Of a DNA stretch of 64,000 nucleotides, positions 10,455-20,901 are shown piece after piece. The stretch is taken from positions 1,056,001 through 1,120,000 of the forward strand of contig OY771555.1 in NCBI GenBank assembly GCA_963674785.1. The letters run 5' to 3'. The stretch is from Caldisericia bacterium. Its GTDB lineage: Bacteria; Caldisericota; Caldisericia; JAAYUI01. Both the position numbers and the translations under genes were made by a program. Below the pieces are notes generated by a model. That model was not told where the DNA came from, searched no databases, and saw nothing but the letters and a program-made list of their open reading frames with translations. Numbering within the stretch: the stretch's first letter is position 1; every line of letters begins with the position of its first letter.

Positions 10455-10882
10455 CATTAATAGAGGTAATCAAGGGAATAAAAAAGAAATTCCCAGTATC
10501 AATCAATGCTACTGCAGTTGTCCCCATCTGGAAACTGGTGGTCGGTGAAAAACTTGCAAATCACTGCAAACCGGTGGGTTACAAGGGTGGAAAACTTCAG
10601 GTCATCTGTTCCAGTGCTTTGTGGGCATCTGTACTCATGAGCAGTGAAACGATGATAATTGAGAAAATCAAAATCAAAACGGGTTCAGATTTGATTCAGG
10701 GATTTTCAACAGTAATCAGGGATGTTAAACAAGAACCGGGTAAAGAAACAAAAAAGATTCCGTTGAAGCCGTTGACGGAAGAAATGGTTGTAAGGTCGGA
10801 GGAGTTATCTGAATCTCTACCAGATGAACTAAAGGAATCATTTCAGAGGGCATATATAACACAAAAAAGATCACCATTGTAG
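10439..10882 (+). CDS. DUF721/DciA-family protein
   Basis: WKLVVGEKLANHCKP...LQVICSSALWA motif; typical position after recF. Confidence 0.8.
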   Translation: MAKPVALIEVIKGIKKKFPVSINATAVVPIWKLVVGEKLANHCKPVGYKGGKLQVICSSALWASVLMSSETMIIEKIKIKTGSDLIQGFSTVIRDVKQEPGKETKKIPLKPLTEEMVVRSEELSESLPDELKESFQRAYITQKRSPL

Positions 10883-10908
10883 GTGTAAAAAATTACTGGG
10901 GGTGCAGT

Positions 10909-13428
10909 GTGAAGAAGATTGGTTTGGTGTTGGTTTGCTTGGTTATTCTTACGGTTCTTGCTGGGTGTCAAAAAGGGGATATGATCGATTTTCTAAGTTC
11001 CAATTACGAAGTTTTTGATTATCGACTTCTATCTGATGAAATTCCAGACGTTCCAAAGTGTGATAAGGTTTGGACTCCGAAAGGATTTATGGGGTTTGGG
11101 CAACTTCAACAAAAGTGGGTGAATGAAATTGATTATGGCGACAGATGGGAAGGAATAAGTGATGTAGATGTTTACCCTGACTCCTGGGGTCAACTTGATC
11201 CGGAAACTGGGAAATATCTTGGGTCACCTTCCCAACAGGCTAATGGGAGTATTGTTGATGGTGTTATCGATGAATTTTCATTTAGCCAAGGTTTCACTGA
11301 CGAAAAGTATAAAATTGAAAAAACGTATGGTGGGCACATGAGTACCATTGCCATGGTTGTCAAAGATTACGAAACAAACGAGATTCTTTGGAGAAAAAGT
11401 ATTGGAACCGATTTTGAATCTCTTGTTGTTTCGAATTCTTTGATTTTTATTAAAACTGATTTGGGAGGTGGTTATATCGCAAGGTTGAATCCAGAGACTG
11501 GCGAAGAGATTTGGTCACTGAATCTGCAGATTTTTCAATCAATCGATGCCCAGATATTTGATGATAAAATTGTTTTTGTGCTTGGTGCCCCAAACCTTGA
11601 CAAAACCATTATTTGTTTGATTGATCCTGAAACTGGTTCATATATGGAAAAAGAAGTAAGTTTTTCAAATATTGAATCATTCATCTGTTTAGATAATAAA
11701 ATATGGCTTTTCGATGCTTGTTCAAATTATTGCATCTTTGATATGCATGATGAAAGCATTTTAACCGGAGACCTGGGGTTTGAAACGGATTTCATGTTGG
11801 CAAATGATAAACATGAAAGAATCAAAGTTATCGATAATTTATTGCTCATAAAGCTTTTGAAACCAGATGAGTACGATTCATATTATATGCTTTTTGACAC
11901 AAAATCGAAAAAACGAGAATTCCTCGAATATGAATATGTGGATGTTGTAAATGGTGCTCTTGTTGCTTGCAATGAAGAGACGATTTTTGAGCTAAGTCCT
12001 GATTCTTTGAGCAGAATTTGGTGGGTAAAAAGAACCGATGAAATGGATTTTAATCCGAATCCACAATACTATGACTCAAAACCTTCGGTTCTCTGGTGTG
12101 ATGATAGAGGAGTACTTATTGTTGGTGGGGGCAAGCTCTTTTGCTATGATCAAGAGGACTCTCTGTCAAAAGTTATTAGCCAGAATGAAAATGGTCTTGT
12201 TGCGACATTCCCCGAAGGGTGGAGTTTTTCAAGTGATTCTGATGAGATAGATGACAAGATAATCAGGCTTCAAGAAATTGTCCCAAACTCAGAAAAACTC
12301 GAAATTTATGTACCAGAAAAGTTTGATGGTGAAGGGGTGCTTTCAAAAAAATGGGAGATAGATTTGGGTACTGGTAAACATTTTGTTGAAGATATGTTCG
12401 GTTCTCAGAAATTTGATTTCCTAGCTCTTAATGATACCTGGTGTTTCAAAAAAGATTACTTGGATAAAGAGGGAGACTGGGAAAGCAGGAAAGAACTAAG
12501 TTTTGCAATTAACCCCGAAACAGGGGACTATAAAGAAACCCAAACAAGATACGGAATAACAGATGGGAAAACTGTTTGGGTGGATGATTATTGTGGTGGA
12601 TGCCTTGAAAGAACACTTTGTTGGAAACCTGATGTTGGAGATATTTGGGTTGGCAAGGAGTTTGATGAAGGAGAAGGGCTTTTTAATCGCGATGATTTTT
12701 ACATTGTCTCTGGAAAACTACTCTTTGTTGGAAAAAAGACTTGGAATGGATTACGTTCAGAAAAAATATCATTAATGGATCCATGGACAGGTAAAAGGGA
12801 ATGGGAGTTCTCGACATCAAATGAGATTCTTAGGGTGTTTTCTCTCCCTTTAAGTAATTCAATACTCTTGGAGACGGGATATGCAGAAAATATAGGTATT
12901 GGCGAACATACTTATATCTATGAATATTTTGTTTTAGATATTAATAATCTTATTATGAAAAAAGTTTTTGATGGTGAGAATTTTTTTGTCTTTAAAGTTG
13001 ATGATGATGTTTTTGCAATGACCAATGGTGAATTATTCAGGTTTTCAAATGACTTCGAAAAACTTGAAAAAATCACTGATTATGACCAGGATTTTAGACC
13101 CATCACTGATAGAAGAAAATTCTGGAATAATGCAGCAGGAACGTATATCTTGGTTGAAAGCTGGAAGAATCAAACTCTTCCACCTGAACTTATGAATACT
13201 GAAACAGGTGAAAAAAAGCCCCTGGGTTTTTCAAGCCAAATGATTATCAATGGGTGTCTTGTTGCAAGTGATGGCAGGAGATTGTTCTCGCTTAACCCAG
13301 AGAACCTCAATCCAGTTTGGAAGATAGAATGTGATAACCTTGGTAAAAATCCTGAAGTCATTTGGCAGGATGAACGTGGAGTTCTTATCATGAGTGATAG
13401 TAAACTCACTTGCTTTGGTGGAAATTAG
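10909..13428 (+). CDS. lipoprotein with two tandem PQQ-like beta-propeller modules
   Basis: Lipobox LAGC; module F.G.G.L..KW ... D.RGVLI....KL.C occurs twice; repeated (D/N)PETG. Confidence 0.8.
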   Translation: MKKIGLVLVCLVILTVLAGCQKGDMIDFLSSNYEVFDYRLLSDEIPDVPKCDKVWTPKGFMGFGQLQQKWVNEIDYGDRWEGISDVDVYPDSWGQLDPETGKYLGSPSQQANGSIVDGVIDEFSFSQGFTDEKYKIEKTYGGHMSTIAMVVKDYETNEILWRKSIGTDFESLVVSNSLIFIKTDLGGGYIARLNPETGEEIWSLNLQIFQSIDAQIFDDKIVFVLGAPNLDKTIICLIDPETGSYMEKEVSFSNIESFICLDNKIWLFDACSNYCIFDMHDESILTGDLGFETDFMLANDKHERIKVIDNLLLIKLLKPDEYDSYYMLFDTKSKKREFLEYEYVDVVNGALVACNEETIFELSPDSLSRIWWVKRTDEMDFNPNPQYYDSKPSVLWCDDRGVLIVGGGKLFCYDQEDSLSKVISQNENGLVATFPEGWSFSSDSDEIDDKIIRLQEIVPNSEKLEIYVPEKFDGEGVLSKKWEIDLGTGKHFVEDMFGSQKFDFLALNDTWCFKKDYLDKEGDWESRKELSFAINPETGDYKETQTRYGITDGKTVWVDDYCGGCLERTLCWKPDVGDIWVGKEFDEGEGLFNRDDFYIVSGKLLFVGKKTWNGLRSEKISLMDPWTGKREWEFSTSNEILRVFSLPLSNSILLETGYAENIGIGEHTYIYEYFVLDINNLIMKKVFDGENFFVFKVDDDVFAMTNGELFRFSNDFEKLEKITDYDQDFRPITDRRKFWNNAAGTYILVESWKNQTLPPELMNTETGEKKPLGFSSQMIINGCLVASDGRRLFSLNPENLNPVWKIECDNLGKNPEVIWQDERGVLIMSDSKLTCFGGN

Positions 13429-13440
13429 GGGAGGTGTAAA

Positions 13441-16017
13441 ATGAAAAATACTGTAATTTTAAGCATTTGTTTTATGATGTTGTTTTCATTGATTGGGTGT
13501 GGCGGAATCCAGGAGAAAGCTGGCGAAACTGTAGTTAAGATAAGCATTCCGGAGAGTGAAAACGAATCTGGCAATGAGATTGATTCAGATACTTCACTTT
13601 CAGGGAGATGGTATGGAACTGGTGAACGAGAAAACATATTTAGTTATGGAAGATCATGGATTCGTGATATAGAAATTGATAAGTATGGAAGAGCACATCT
13701 TTTGTATGAGTTATCCACAAAAATATATCCCATCAAGAATACATTGGTTTATGCTGTAAAGAACGGATTGGATTGGGTCTCCTTGGATGATGAACTCATA
13801 AATGAAATAGCCTACCCACACTTTATTAGTGAGAACTTCAGCGAAAACCAAGATTTTCCTGGAAGAATGAGACTTGATAGTAAAGGACGAACCCATTTTT
13901 TCGATGGTTCATTATATCTGATTTGGAATGGACTTGGTTGGGAAAGACTTGATGGAACAAGGGCTTACTCGAGCAATGTGATAAAACCATTTATTTCTAT
14001 CCCAAGTGAAATCTTTTGGGAGTTAGATTCAAAAGATCATCCGCATGTTATTTATCAAAGCGAAAAAGCAATTCACTACGTAAGGTGGAATGGAAAAAAC
14101 TGGGTCACCTCAGACAACAATCTGTACGATGAGGAATCCAATAATGGATTCATTCTTGAACCAAAAGGCAAAATCTATGATTTGAAATTCTATCTTGATG
14201 ATGATACTCCAAAACTTCTCTGGAAAGTCTCAGGTTATGACAAGCCTGGAGTTCTTTGTGGAATAAAAAAATCTGAATCAGATTGGGTGAACATGTATGG
14301 TGCTGACCCTCAGGATTTTGAAATTTTTGATTATTCAGGGGAAAACCTGTTAGGATGGCAGGGAGTTTGGTGCTGGCTTGATTCAGAAAATAATCTTCAT
14401 CTTTCTTGGGGTAGAGAAGCAGATGAAAATGAAGAGTTTCCGGTGGAGTACTGCTACGCAAAATATGATGGAACAAGTTTTGAAAACTATCTTGGTGAGA
14501 AGTTGGATGAGAATTATGTGAATGCAGATGTTCCAGTTCACATTGACCATGTTGATGAAAGGGGTTTTCTATATCATGTTGAATATAAATACTGCGGAGA
14601 GACAGAAGCCTCTGGTTCTGACCTTGCACTGACAATCTGGAATGGAGAAAAATGGGTACGGGTTGATGGTATAGAGACTACTCCTGAGGGTGATGATAGT
14701 TGTATTTTTTATCGTAACTATGAAGGTGGTAGGGTTCCCACAGATTTGATAATAAAAACAAAGGGAAATAATTTCTATGTTGCTTGGCTACAATGGTCAA
14801 ATAGTATTGGGGTGAATTATAATCTGCATTTTATGGAGTGGATCGAGGAAGGATCTATTCCAAAAGATTTATATCCGAGAGAAAAGGAAATCGAAGAGAA
14901 TTTAGAAGAATTATCTGCCTTTGGTGACTGGAAAGCAAAACAATTTACCGGAAAAGGGGAACTCAAGCAAAAATGGGAGATTGAGGCACATTCAAAACCG
15001 ACTGAAAGGTATTACGGTGTGATGAGTGTTCCTGGAGGATGGTATATGGATACAAACAGATATTCTGTACTTGATGATAGATCATTAAAGAGAGTATTTA
15101 TCGATCCGGAGACGGGTGAAACCATGGAACCTATTCATGGAGACGTTCCAATGCCTGGAGTCACAGATGGCAGATATGTTTATGAGGATAGATGCCCTAT
15201 TTGTGGATTTGGTATGGAATGTTGGGACTTGGCGGATGGCAGTTCTGTTTGGAGTTATGATTATGCAACCCTTTTAGGCGGAAGATTCTACGAATCCTAT
15301 CTAGTAAACGAAATGCTGTTTGGCTTGGCTGTACCCGGTTCAATTATCCCAACTTTTGCAAGAATTGATAGAAAAACAGGGGAGATTGTTTGGAAGTATT
15401 CGTTTGATGGAAAAAAACTGATTGATTATTCATTCTCAAAAAAATATATGTTCCTTCTTTTTGATGATTCAAAAATTGTAAAAATAAATCTTGAAACTAG
15501 TGACTTAGAGGATGTAGAAACAAATACTTCGAATATTGCCGCTATAAATGGTGACAGGAATATTTTGTATACTCTCGATACAATCGGCAATCTAAAACAG
15601 TTTTTTGATGATGATATTCGAGAATCTAGGATTGTGGAGGGAACTATAGAAAAATCTGAACTGTGGCAGGTATTCATCAAACAACATGGGATAATAAATG
15701 AAACAAGTATTGATCCTATAGGTGATTCACATCTTTTGGTGACAATCGAAAGAAGTGATCATAGTCTCAATTATTTCGTTGTGCCAACAAACACACTCGA
15801 GCCGATTATGCTGGAAGGTACCGTAATAAAGGTTGGCGATCAAATGGTCGTGTATGCTCCAGAGATAATTTCTGCAGTTGATCCTGAAACATTGGAGCCG
15901 ATTTGGTGGATTCAAAGGTCTGAAGAAATGGGAATTGATCCAAAGGTAATATTGACTGATAATTACGGAGTTCTTATTCTAACAGAAAAGAAACTCATCT
16001 GTTTCGATTCTGAATAA
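13441..16017 (+). CDS. lipoprotein with N-terminal propeller-like repeats and C-terminal PQQ-like module
   Basis: Lipobox LIGC; repeats (L/I)DSKG..H and WNG..W; FTGKGELKQKW...DNYGVLILTEKKLICF. Confidence 0.78.
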   Translation: MKNTVILSICFMMLFSLIGCGGIQEKAGETVVKISIPESENESGNEIDSDTSLSGRWYGTGERENIFSYGRSWIRDIEIDKYGRAHLLYELSTKIYPIKNTLVYAVKNGLDWVSLDDELINEIAYPHFISENFSENQDFPGRMRLDSKGRTHFFDGSLYLIWNGLGWERLDGTRAYSSNVIKPFISIPSEIFWELDSKDHPHVIYQSEKAIHYVRWNGKNWVTSDNNLYDEESNNGFILEPKGKIYDLKFYLDDDTPKLLWKVSGYDKPGVLCGIKKSESDWVNMYGADPQDFEIFDYSGENLLGWQGVWCWLDSENNLHLSWGREADENEEFPVEYCYAKYDGTSFENYLGEKLDENYVNADVPVHIDHVDERGFLYHVEYKYCGETEASGSDLALTIWNGEKWVRVDGIETTPEGDDSCIFYRNYEGGRVPTDLIIKTKGNNFYVAWLQWSNSIGVNYNLHFMEWIEEGSIPKDLYPREKEIEENLEELSAFGDWKAKQFTGKGELKQKWEIEAHSKPTERYYGVMSVPGGWYMDTNRYSVLDDRSLKRVFIDPETGETMEPIHGDVPMPGVTDGRYVYEDRCPICGFGMECWDLADGSSVWSYDYATLLGGRFYESYLVNEMLFGLAVPGSIIPTFARIDRKTGEIVWKYSFDGKKLIDYSFSKKYMFLLFDDSKIVKINLETSDLEDVETNTSNIAAINGDRNILYTLDTIGNLKQFFDDDIRESRIVEGTIEKSELWQVFIKQHGIINETSIDPIGDSHLLVTIERSDHSLNYFVVPTNTLEPIMLEGTVIKVGDQMVVYAPEIISAVDPETLEPIWWIQRSEEMGIDPKVILTDNYGVLILTEKKLICFDSE

Positions 16018-16060
16018 CCACATGCTTTACTCATCTTCAGTTTTATGCTAAAAACTAGAT

Positions 16061-16432
16061 ATGGAATTTGAAAACAAAAACGTAAACTTCGTTTTGAATA
16101 ATACTGGCTGGATTTCAATTGGGCTTGGTCTTGCTTCAATCCTCCTCTGGCATCTGCTCAAAATTGTCCCGTTTATGGGTATACTGACTCTTATAATTGC
16201 AGGGATTGGTCTGCTGTTTGGAGTTTTTGGACTTGGAAACAAAGATAAAAGATCACTTTCAATTGCAGGTATTGCGACATGTATTATTGCTGGAATAATA
16301 CATTTTGGATCAATTTGGCTATTGCTCTTGCTTGCGGTGTCAGCTTTTTTTGTTTTCTTTAGAAAACCCAGCAAAAAGCAGTCAGACCCAAATGAAATCT
16401 ACGATACTCAAGATGGAAGGTATTTGGATTAG
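16061..16432 (+). CDS. small integral membrane protein
   Basis: Three to four hydrophobic segments. Confidence 0.65.
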   Translation: MEFENKNVNFVLNNTGWISIGLGLASILLWHLLKIVPFMGILTLIIAGIGLLFGVFGLGNKDKRSLSIAGIATCIIAGIIHFGSIWLLLLLAVSAFFVFFRKPSKKQSDPNEIYDTQDGRYLD

Positions 16433-17454
16433 TTCTTTTTCACCTTTTTTGATTTAAAAAATACCTGAGAGTATCCACTGACGCAGACCGAACCACCAGG
16501 TAAGACAAAAACCTGGTCTATGTCTGGGTTTAGGTATCTATCTGAATTAAACTCAAAGTCCAAATCATAAAGCTCAAGTTTGTATGGCTTCAAGATTGCG
16601 TATCCATCATCTGCAACACCTATGTCTGTTATTTTTCCGATGATTTCAAGCTCGTTTGTGGCAAGACCTTCTTTGTCAACCTTTTTAATTATATTGTTCT
16701 CGGCAAAAATCATGCCATCAATAGTATCTCTTATCATTGTTGTCGGGTAGAATTCTTTTTCCCAGATTGCCGCTCCCGTTTCATAGTCAAGTGCGAGAAT
16801 GGAGTCTTTTGCCATTAAACACAGACACCATGTGAGATCAAAAAGCTGAAAGTAGCTTTTTTCATTGTGGGTTTCATACTCCCATACAAGCTGACCTTTC
16901 AAGTCCCTTGCTTGGATGACACCGTCTGTTGTTTGTGAAAATACCTTCCCATTTTTGTGAACAAATTCTGGGTAAGAATCTGGAATCTCAATGTCAATTC
17001 CGTCACCAAAGAATTTGTTTGTCGTCATTCTCCACCATCTGTCTTCAATCCAGATGGGAGCAGATGCCTCAATTTCACTCTTTGTGATTTGAAGAACCTG
17101 TTTATCCCTGCTGAGCCTTACAACCATTTCTATTCCTTCGGCTTCAAATCCACAGAGAAATTGGTTATTTCCGCCGGCAATCCATGTTGAATTCCAGGCT
17201 TTATCAACAGTTGTTGAATATCTCCAGTTTGGTTTCCCATCATCTGTGTTGATGGTAATCACGCTATCATATACAGGAATAGCCAGAAGATTTTCATAAA
17301 TAATAGATTTTCCCGTTGCATGGTAACCGGTGCTAGAAAGAGTCTCCAGGCTCAGAATGCTTGATTTTGGAATCTCATCGGTTTTTCCACCACAACCAGA
17401 TGCAAAGATAACAATGGAAACCAGAACAATAACAACATTTTTGAAAGTCTTCAT
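16429..17454 (-). CDS. PQQ-like beta-propeller lipoprotein
   Basis: Lipobox ASGC; DGKPNWRY, KGQLVWEY, ETGAAIWE repeats; ATG at 17454 preferred over the ORF-track start. Confidence 0.78.
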   Translation of the reverse strand: MKTFKNVVIVLVSIVIFASGCGGKTDEIPKSSILSLETLSSTGYHATGKSIIYENLLAIPVYDSVITINTDDGKPNWRYSTTVDKAWNSTWIAGGNNQFLCGFEAEGIEMVVRLSRDKQVLQITKSEIEASAPIWIEDRWWRMTTNKFFGDGIDIEIPDSYPEFVHKNGKVFSQTTDGVIQARDLKGQLVWEYETHNEKSYFQLFDLTWCLCLMAKDSILALDYETGAAIWEKEFYPTTMIRDTIDGMIFAENNIIKKVDKEGLATNELEIIGKITDIGVADDGYAILKPYKLELYDLDFEFNSDRYLNPDIDQVFVLPGGSVCVSGYSQVFFKSKKVKKN

Positions 17455-17516
17455 GAAATGGATTTTATTGAGTAAAAACACTTATGCAAGAGTATTGACC
17501 AAACCCAGTATATTTC

Positions 17517-18056
17517 TTAACGGGATGTTTTTTGGGGGCTATTACTCTTTCTTTTTTTGCCTTTGAATTTTCGAGCCTGGGCAATAGGTGGGAGTTTGGT
17601 TTTCATTTTTATTGTGCCACCAGAGCCACTATCTTTTCTCTTCTTGCCTTGATTGTTTCTTTTTTGTGATGGAGATTTTGTTTTTGTTTGCCAGTTTCCA
17701 AAGCCGATTTTTGGCGTTTCTGTGAGTTGACCAGGTTTCCAGTTATGAATGTCAGGTTGAGCGGACTGGGGTTTATTTGCTCTTGCAGATGGTGCTTTTG
17801 TCTTTCCGGGTGTAAAGTTTTTTTGATGCCAAGTAAACATTGATGTGGACGAGGAAAAATCTGATGGAGGTTCATCAAGATCAAGATCAGGATTTGAAAC
17901 ATCAAAAAAGTATGGTGGACCAGAGAGTTTATTTATGCCAGTTTCATTAAGTATTATTCTGTTATCTTCTACCTGCTCAGCCCATCCCTGCGATACACAG
18001 TACTCCGCAAGCATTCTCCCGAGGCTCTCAAAATCAAGTTCAATAATTTTCTTCAC
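17517..18056 (-). CDS. hypothetical protein with basic, disordered C-terminus
   Basis: 179-aa ORF with a small globular N-terminus and Lys/Arg-rich tail. Confidence 0.6.
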   Translation of the reverse strand: MKKIIELDFESLGRMLAEYCVSQGWAEQVEDNRIILNETGINKLSGPPYFFDVSNPDLDLDEPPSDFSSSTSMFTWHQKNFTPGKTKAPSARANKPQSAQPDIHNWKPGQLTETPKIGFGNWQTKTKSPSQKRNNQGKKRKDSGSGGTIKMKTKLPPIAQARKFKGKKRKSNSPQKTSR

Positions 18057-18203
18057 GCCACTAAGATTAACACCCCTTGCAACTTATTCAAGGTCGACAG
18101 CTAAAATATCTTGTAGAAATGATATTTTTTTACATTAATGAACAAATACACAAGTTAGATTGTAGTATGTGAAAACGGAAGCTTATAAAGGAGGCAACCA
18201 TAA

Positions 18204-18962
18204 ATGAAGAAAAATACGCTTATTTTGACAGTAGCCATAATCGTGGGATCGATTCTAGTGGGAACGCTGGGAGCATTTGGAGTGGCAGGAGCAGCAAGTA
18301 CACCTGAGGATAATGATTGTGATTCACCAAGAATTATCTCTGTAAATGGAACTGGTGTTGTGACAGTAAAACCTGATAAATTCACAATCAGTTTTACTTT
18401 TTGGACACAGACAAAGTCGGCAAGGGATGCACAGCAGACAAATGATAAGAAAGCAAATGATCTGATCGATGCACTCAAAGATGCTGGTGTTAAAGAGGAT
18501 GACATGGTGACTTCCGGTTACAGACTTGATACCGCCTATGAGTGGAATCAGGACACAAGAAAGAATGAACTTGTGGGATACAGAGCCAGTTACACTCTTG
18601 TTGTGACAACCTATGATCTTGCAGACATGGGAGAGATGATCGACCTTGCAACATCAAATGGTGTCAACAACATCGGATCAATCCAGTATGGTGTAAAAGA
18701 CAGAGAAGCACTAGCAACTGAAGCTCTCAAGCTTGCAATGCAGGATGCAAAAGCAAAAGCAAACCTCGCACTTGGTGAGTATGATCTTGAAGTGCTCAAG
18801 GTTAGAAACATTTATCTTAATACTTATGAACCAATCGGTGGTACATATGAAGAAAACAGTAAAATGAGAGGCGTCGCTGCTGAGGATTCCTCAGTTGCTC
18901 CAACAATCATTTCTGGTGATCTCACCCATTCAGTAAATGTTTCAGTAGAGTTTGAATTTTAA
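18204..18962 (+). CDS. SIMPL (DUF541/YggE-like) domain protein
   Basis: ISVNGTGVVTVKPD, GYRAS, ALKLAMQDAKAKA, VNVSVEF; AGGAGG RBS. Confidence 0.93.
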   Translation: MKKNTLILTVAIIVGSILVGTLGAFGVAGAASTPEDNDCDSPRIISVNGTGVVTVKPDKFTISFTFWTQTKSARDAQQTNDKKANDLIDALKDAGVKEDDMVTSGYRLDTAYEWNQDTRKNELVGYRASYTLVVTTYDLADMGEMIDLATSNGVNNIGSIQYGVKDREALATEALKLAMQDAKAKANLALGEYDLEVLKVRNIYLNTYEPIGGTYEENSKMRGVAAEDSSVAPTIISGDLTHSVNVSVEFEF

Positions 18963-18997
18963 TCGATAGTTTTTAAATTTTATCACTCTCTTTTATT

Positions 18998-19032
18998 AAA
19001 AGGGGCACAGGTTTTGTCTGTGCCCCTTTTTT
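18998..19032 (+). terminator. intrinsic terminator, probably bidirectional
   Basis: AAAAGGGGCACAG-GTTTTGT-CTGTGCCCCTTTTTT. Confidence 0.9.
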
Positions 19033-19070
19033 ATGTCCTTCCTCTCCCTCCGTTATCCCGTACTCCCTCC

Positions 19071-19260
19071 CGTCATTCCGTGCTTGACACAGAATCCAGG
19101 GCATATGTTTTCCCTATGTCTTTCCCGTGAAAACGGGAAACCAGGAAAATGAGAAGCGCATTTTTTCTCTGTTGACATTGCCTCTTCATGTTCAAAATAG
19201 CCCTATAGAAATTCCTGATTCAAGAACAATCCTGGATTCCAGATCAAGTCGGGAATGACG
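19071..19260. repeat. CGTC-type REP/MITE-like palindromic element
   Basis: Left CGTCATTCCGTGCTTGACACAGAATCCAGG and right CCTGGATTCCAGATCAAGTCGGGAATGACG are inverted; internal related unit GTCTTTCCCGTGAAAACGGGAAACCAG. Confidence 0.7.
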
Positions 19261-19354
19261 TGAATGATAAGCGGAATTACTGAGGAAGTAGGTTTTAACT
19301 TTTTATTAGGCTTTTTTCTCTTTGATTGTTCTCCCCCTCATCTACTATTGAAAT

Positions 19355-20509
19355 ATGTTTGGGAAAATAGTCGCAACAATAATATCATTACTCTTACTGG
19401 GCGGAGGGCTTCCAAAGGAAACCATCCCTCAAAAACCAGACGGAAACTGGACATGTTTCCAAGCTGATTGTCAGCACACAGGTTGGATGCCACAGGAATC
19501 TTTGTCTGATCCGACCAAGATAAAGCTTGCTTGGAAAACAGAATCAAAATCAACAAGTGGAAAACCAGTCATCGTAGATGACAAAGTTTATCTTGGAGAT
19601 CTGGAAGGCTTGAAGTGTTATGCGCTAGAGGATGGTGAGATAATTTGGAAAATGGACTACAAGGGGGCAATCTGCAGACAACCAGTGTGGTATGAGGGGA
19701 AGATTTTTGTAAACTCCTGAACAACTTTTAAAATGCTGTGCCTGTCAGGCACAGATGGTGAGATTCTATGGGAGGTTGATAAAGGTGTTCCTGTTTATGA
19801 GCCAACCCTTGCAGATGGTAGGGTCTATGTTGGCGAAAGATGTTATTCATTTGATGGGAATATATTGAGGAGGAATGATAAATTAAATGGTGGACATACT
19901 GGTGAATCTACATGTTTCTATGATGACAAGCTATATCTTGATTTGGATAGATCTCCTGGATGTTTCGATGCAAATACTGGAGAAATTATTTGGGAATATG
20001 AAAAAAGAGGGAATGAAAAGTTTTCAAGTTCGATGGTTGCGGGATTTGGAAAGGTTTTTATAACAGGATATAAAAATACATATTGTTTAGATCATGTGAA
20101 TGGAAACATTGTTTGGGTAGCACCTTTTAGTACAAGGTGGAAAAAAATCCCAGACAAAAGAATAAATGGCGTCTATAACGGTGGTGGGATTGCAATTTCT
20201 GATACAAAGGTAGTTGTTTCTGGTGGTGGCGGAACTGCTTGTATGGACATTGATACAGGAGAGATTCTTTGGGAATCGGATGTGAAGGGGTGTCTCCCCG
20301 TAATTGTTGGAGACGAACATGTTTGGACAGCAATTGGTGGCACATTGAGCTGCCTTTCCCTTGAGACTGGTAAAACAATTATTCAAAAGAAATATTACAC
20401 CAGAGGGACTAATGGGCTTGGTTACTCCCAAGTTGCAGTCGCAAAAGGAAGGGTGTTTGTAAGTAACTGTTGGCAAGGGCAGCTTCACTGTTTTGAGATG
20501 GAAGACTAA
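19355..20509 (+). pseudogene. secreted PQQ beta-propeller protein interrupted by an in-frame TGA at 19718-19720 (nonsense, recoding or sequence error)
   Basis: ORFs 19355-19720 and 19733-20509 share a frame and read ...GKIFVNS*TTFKMLCLSGTDGEILW... as one propeller blade. Confidence 0.8.
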
Positions 20510-20541
20510 ATAAATATAGAATATTTATATATTTGGTGGGG

Positions 20542-20569
20542 TTGACAAATCCTGTATCCTATCTAAAAT
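20542..20569 (+). promoter_or_regulatory. sigma70-type promoter
   Basis: TTGACA-16 nt-TAAAAT. Confidence 0.7.
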
Positions 20570-20611
20570 GTTCTCATTGTTGGAAGAATTCTAAGTAAGG
20601 AGGTGTGGTTG

Positions 20612-20692
20612 ATGATTATGACAAGAAGAGATGTAGCGTGGTTTGTTTACGCACCATACCTCTGGGCTAGAAACAACAAGAATAGACATTAA
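20612..20692 (+). CDS. 26-aa small ORF / candidate leader peptide MIMTRRDVAWFVYAPYLWARNNKNRH
   Basis: Strong AAGGAGGTG RBS downstream of the promoter; below the ORF-track cut-off. Confidence 0.6.
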   Translation: MIMTRRDVAWFVYAPYLWARNNKNRH

Positions 20693-20826
20693 CCAAAAAG
20701 TCTCATTCTAGCAAATCTGGCTCGGGGGAACCCGGGCAAAATCATTTCAAATACATCCTATTTGTTTTTGTTTGGGTTACACGTACACATTTATCGAATT
20801 TCTGTATGCAAGTAAGGGGGTACCAA

Positions 20827-20901
20827 ATGAGAATAATAAAAATGACACAAGAAACTTTGATCCGAATCGAGAATATGGAAATATGTAGGAGACAAAAATG
20901 A
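20827..20901 (+). CDS. 24-aa uORF whose TGA overlaps the rsgA ATG
   Basis: AAGGGGG RBS; MRIIKMTQETLIRIENMEICRRQK*; ATGA overlap at 20898-20901. Confidence 0.35.
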   Translation: MRIIKMTQETLIRIENMEICRRQK

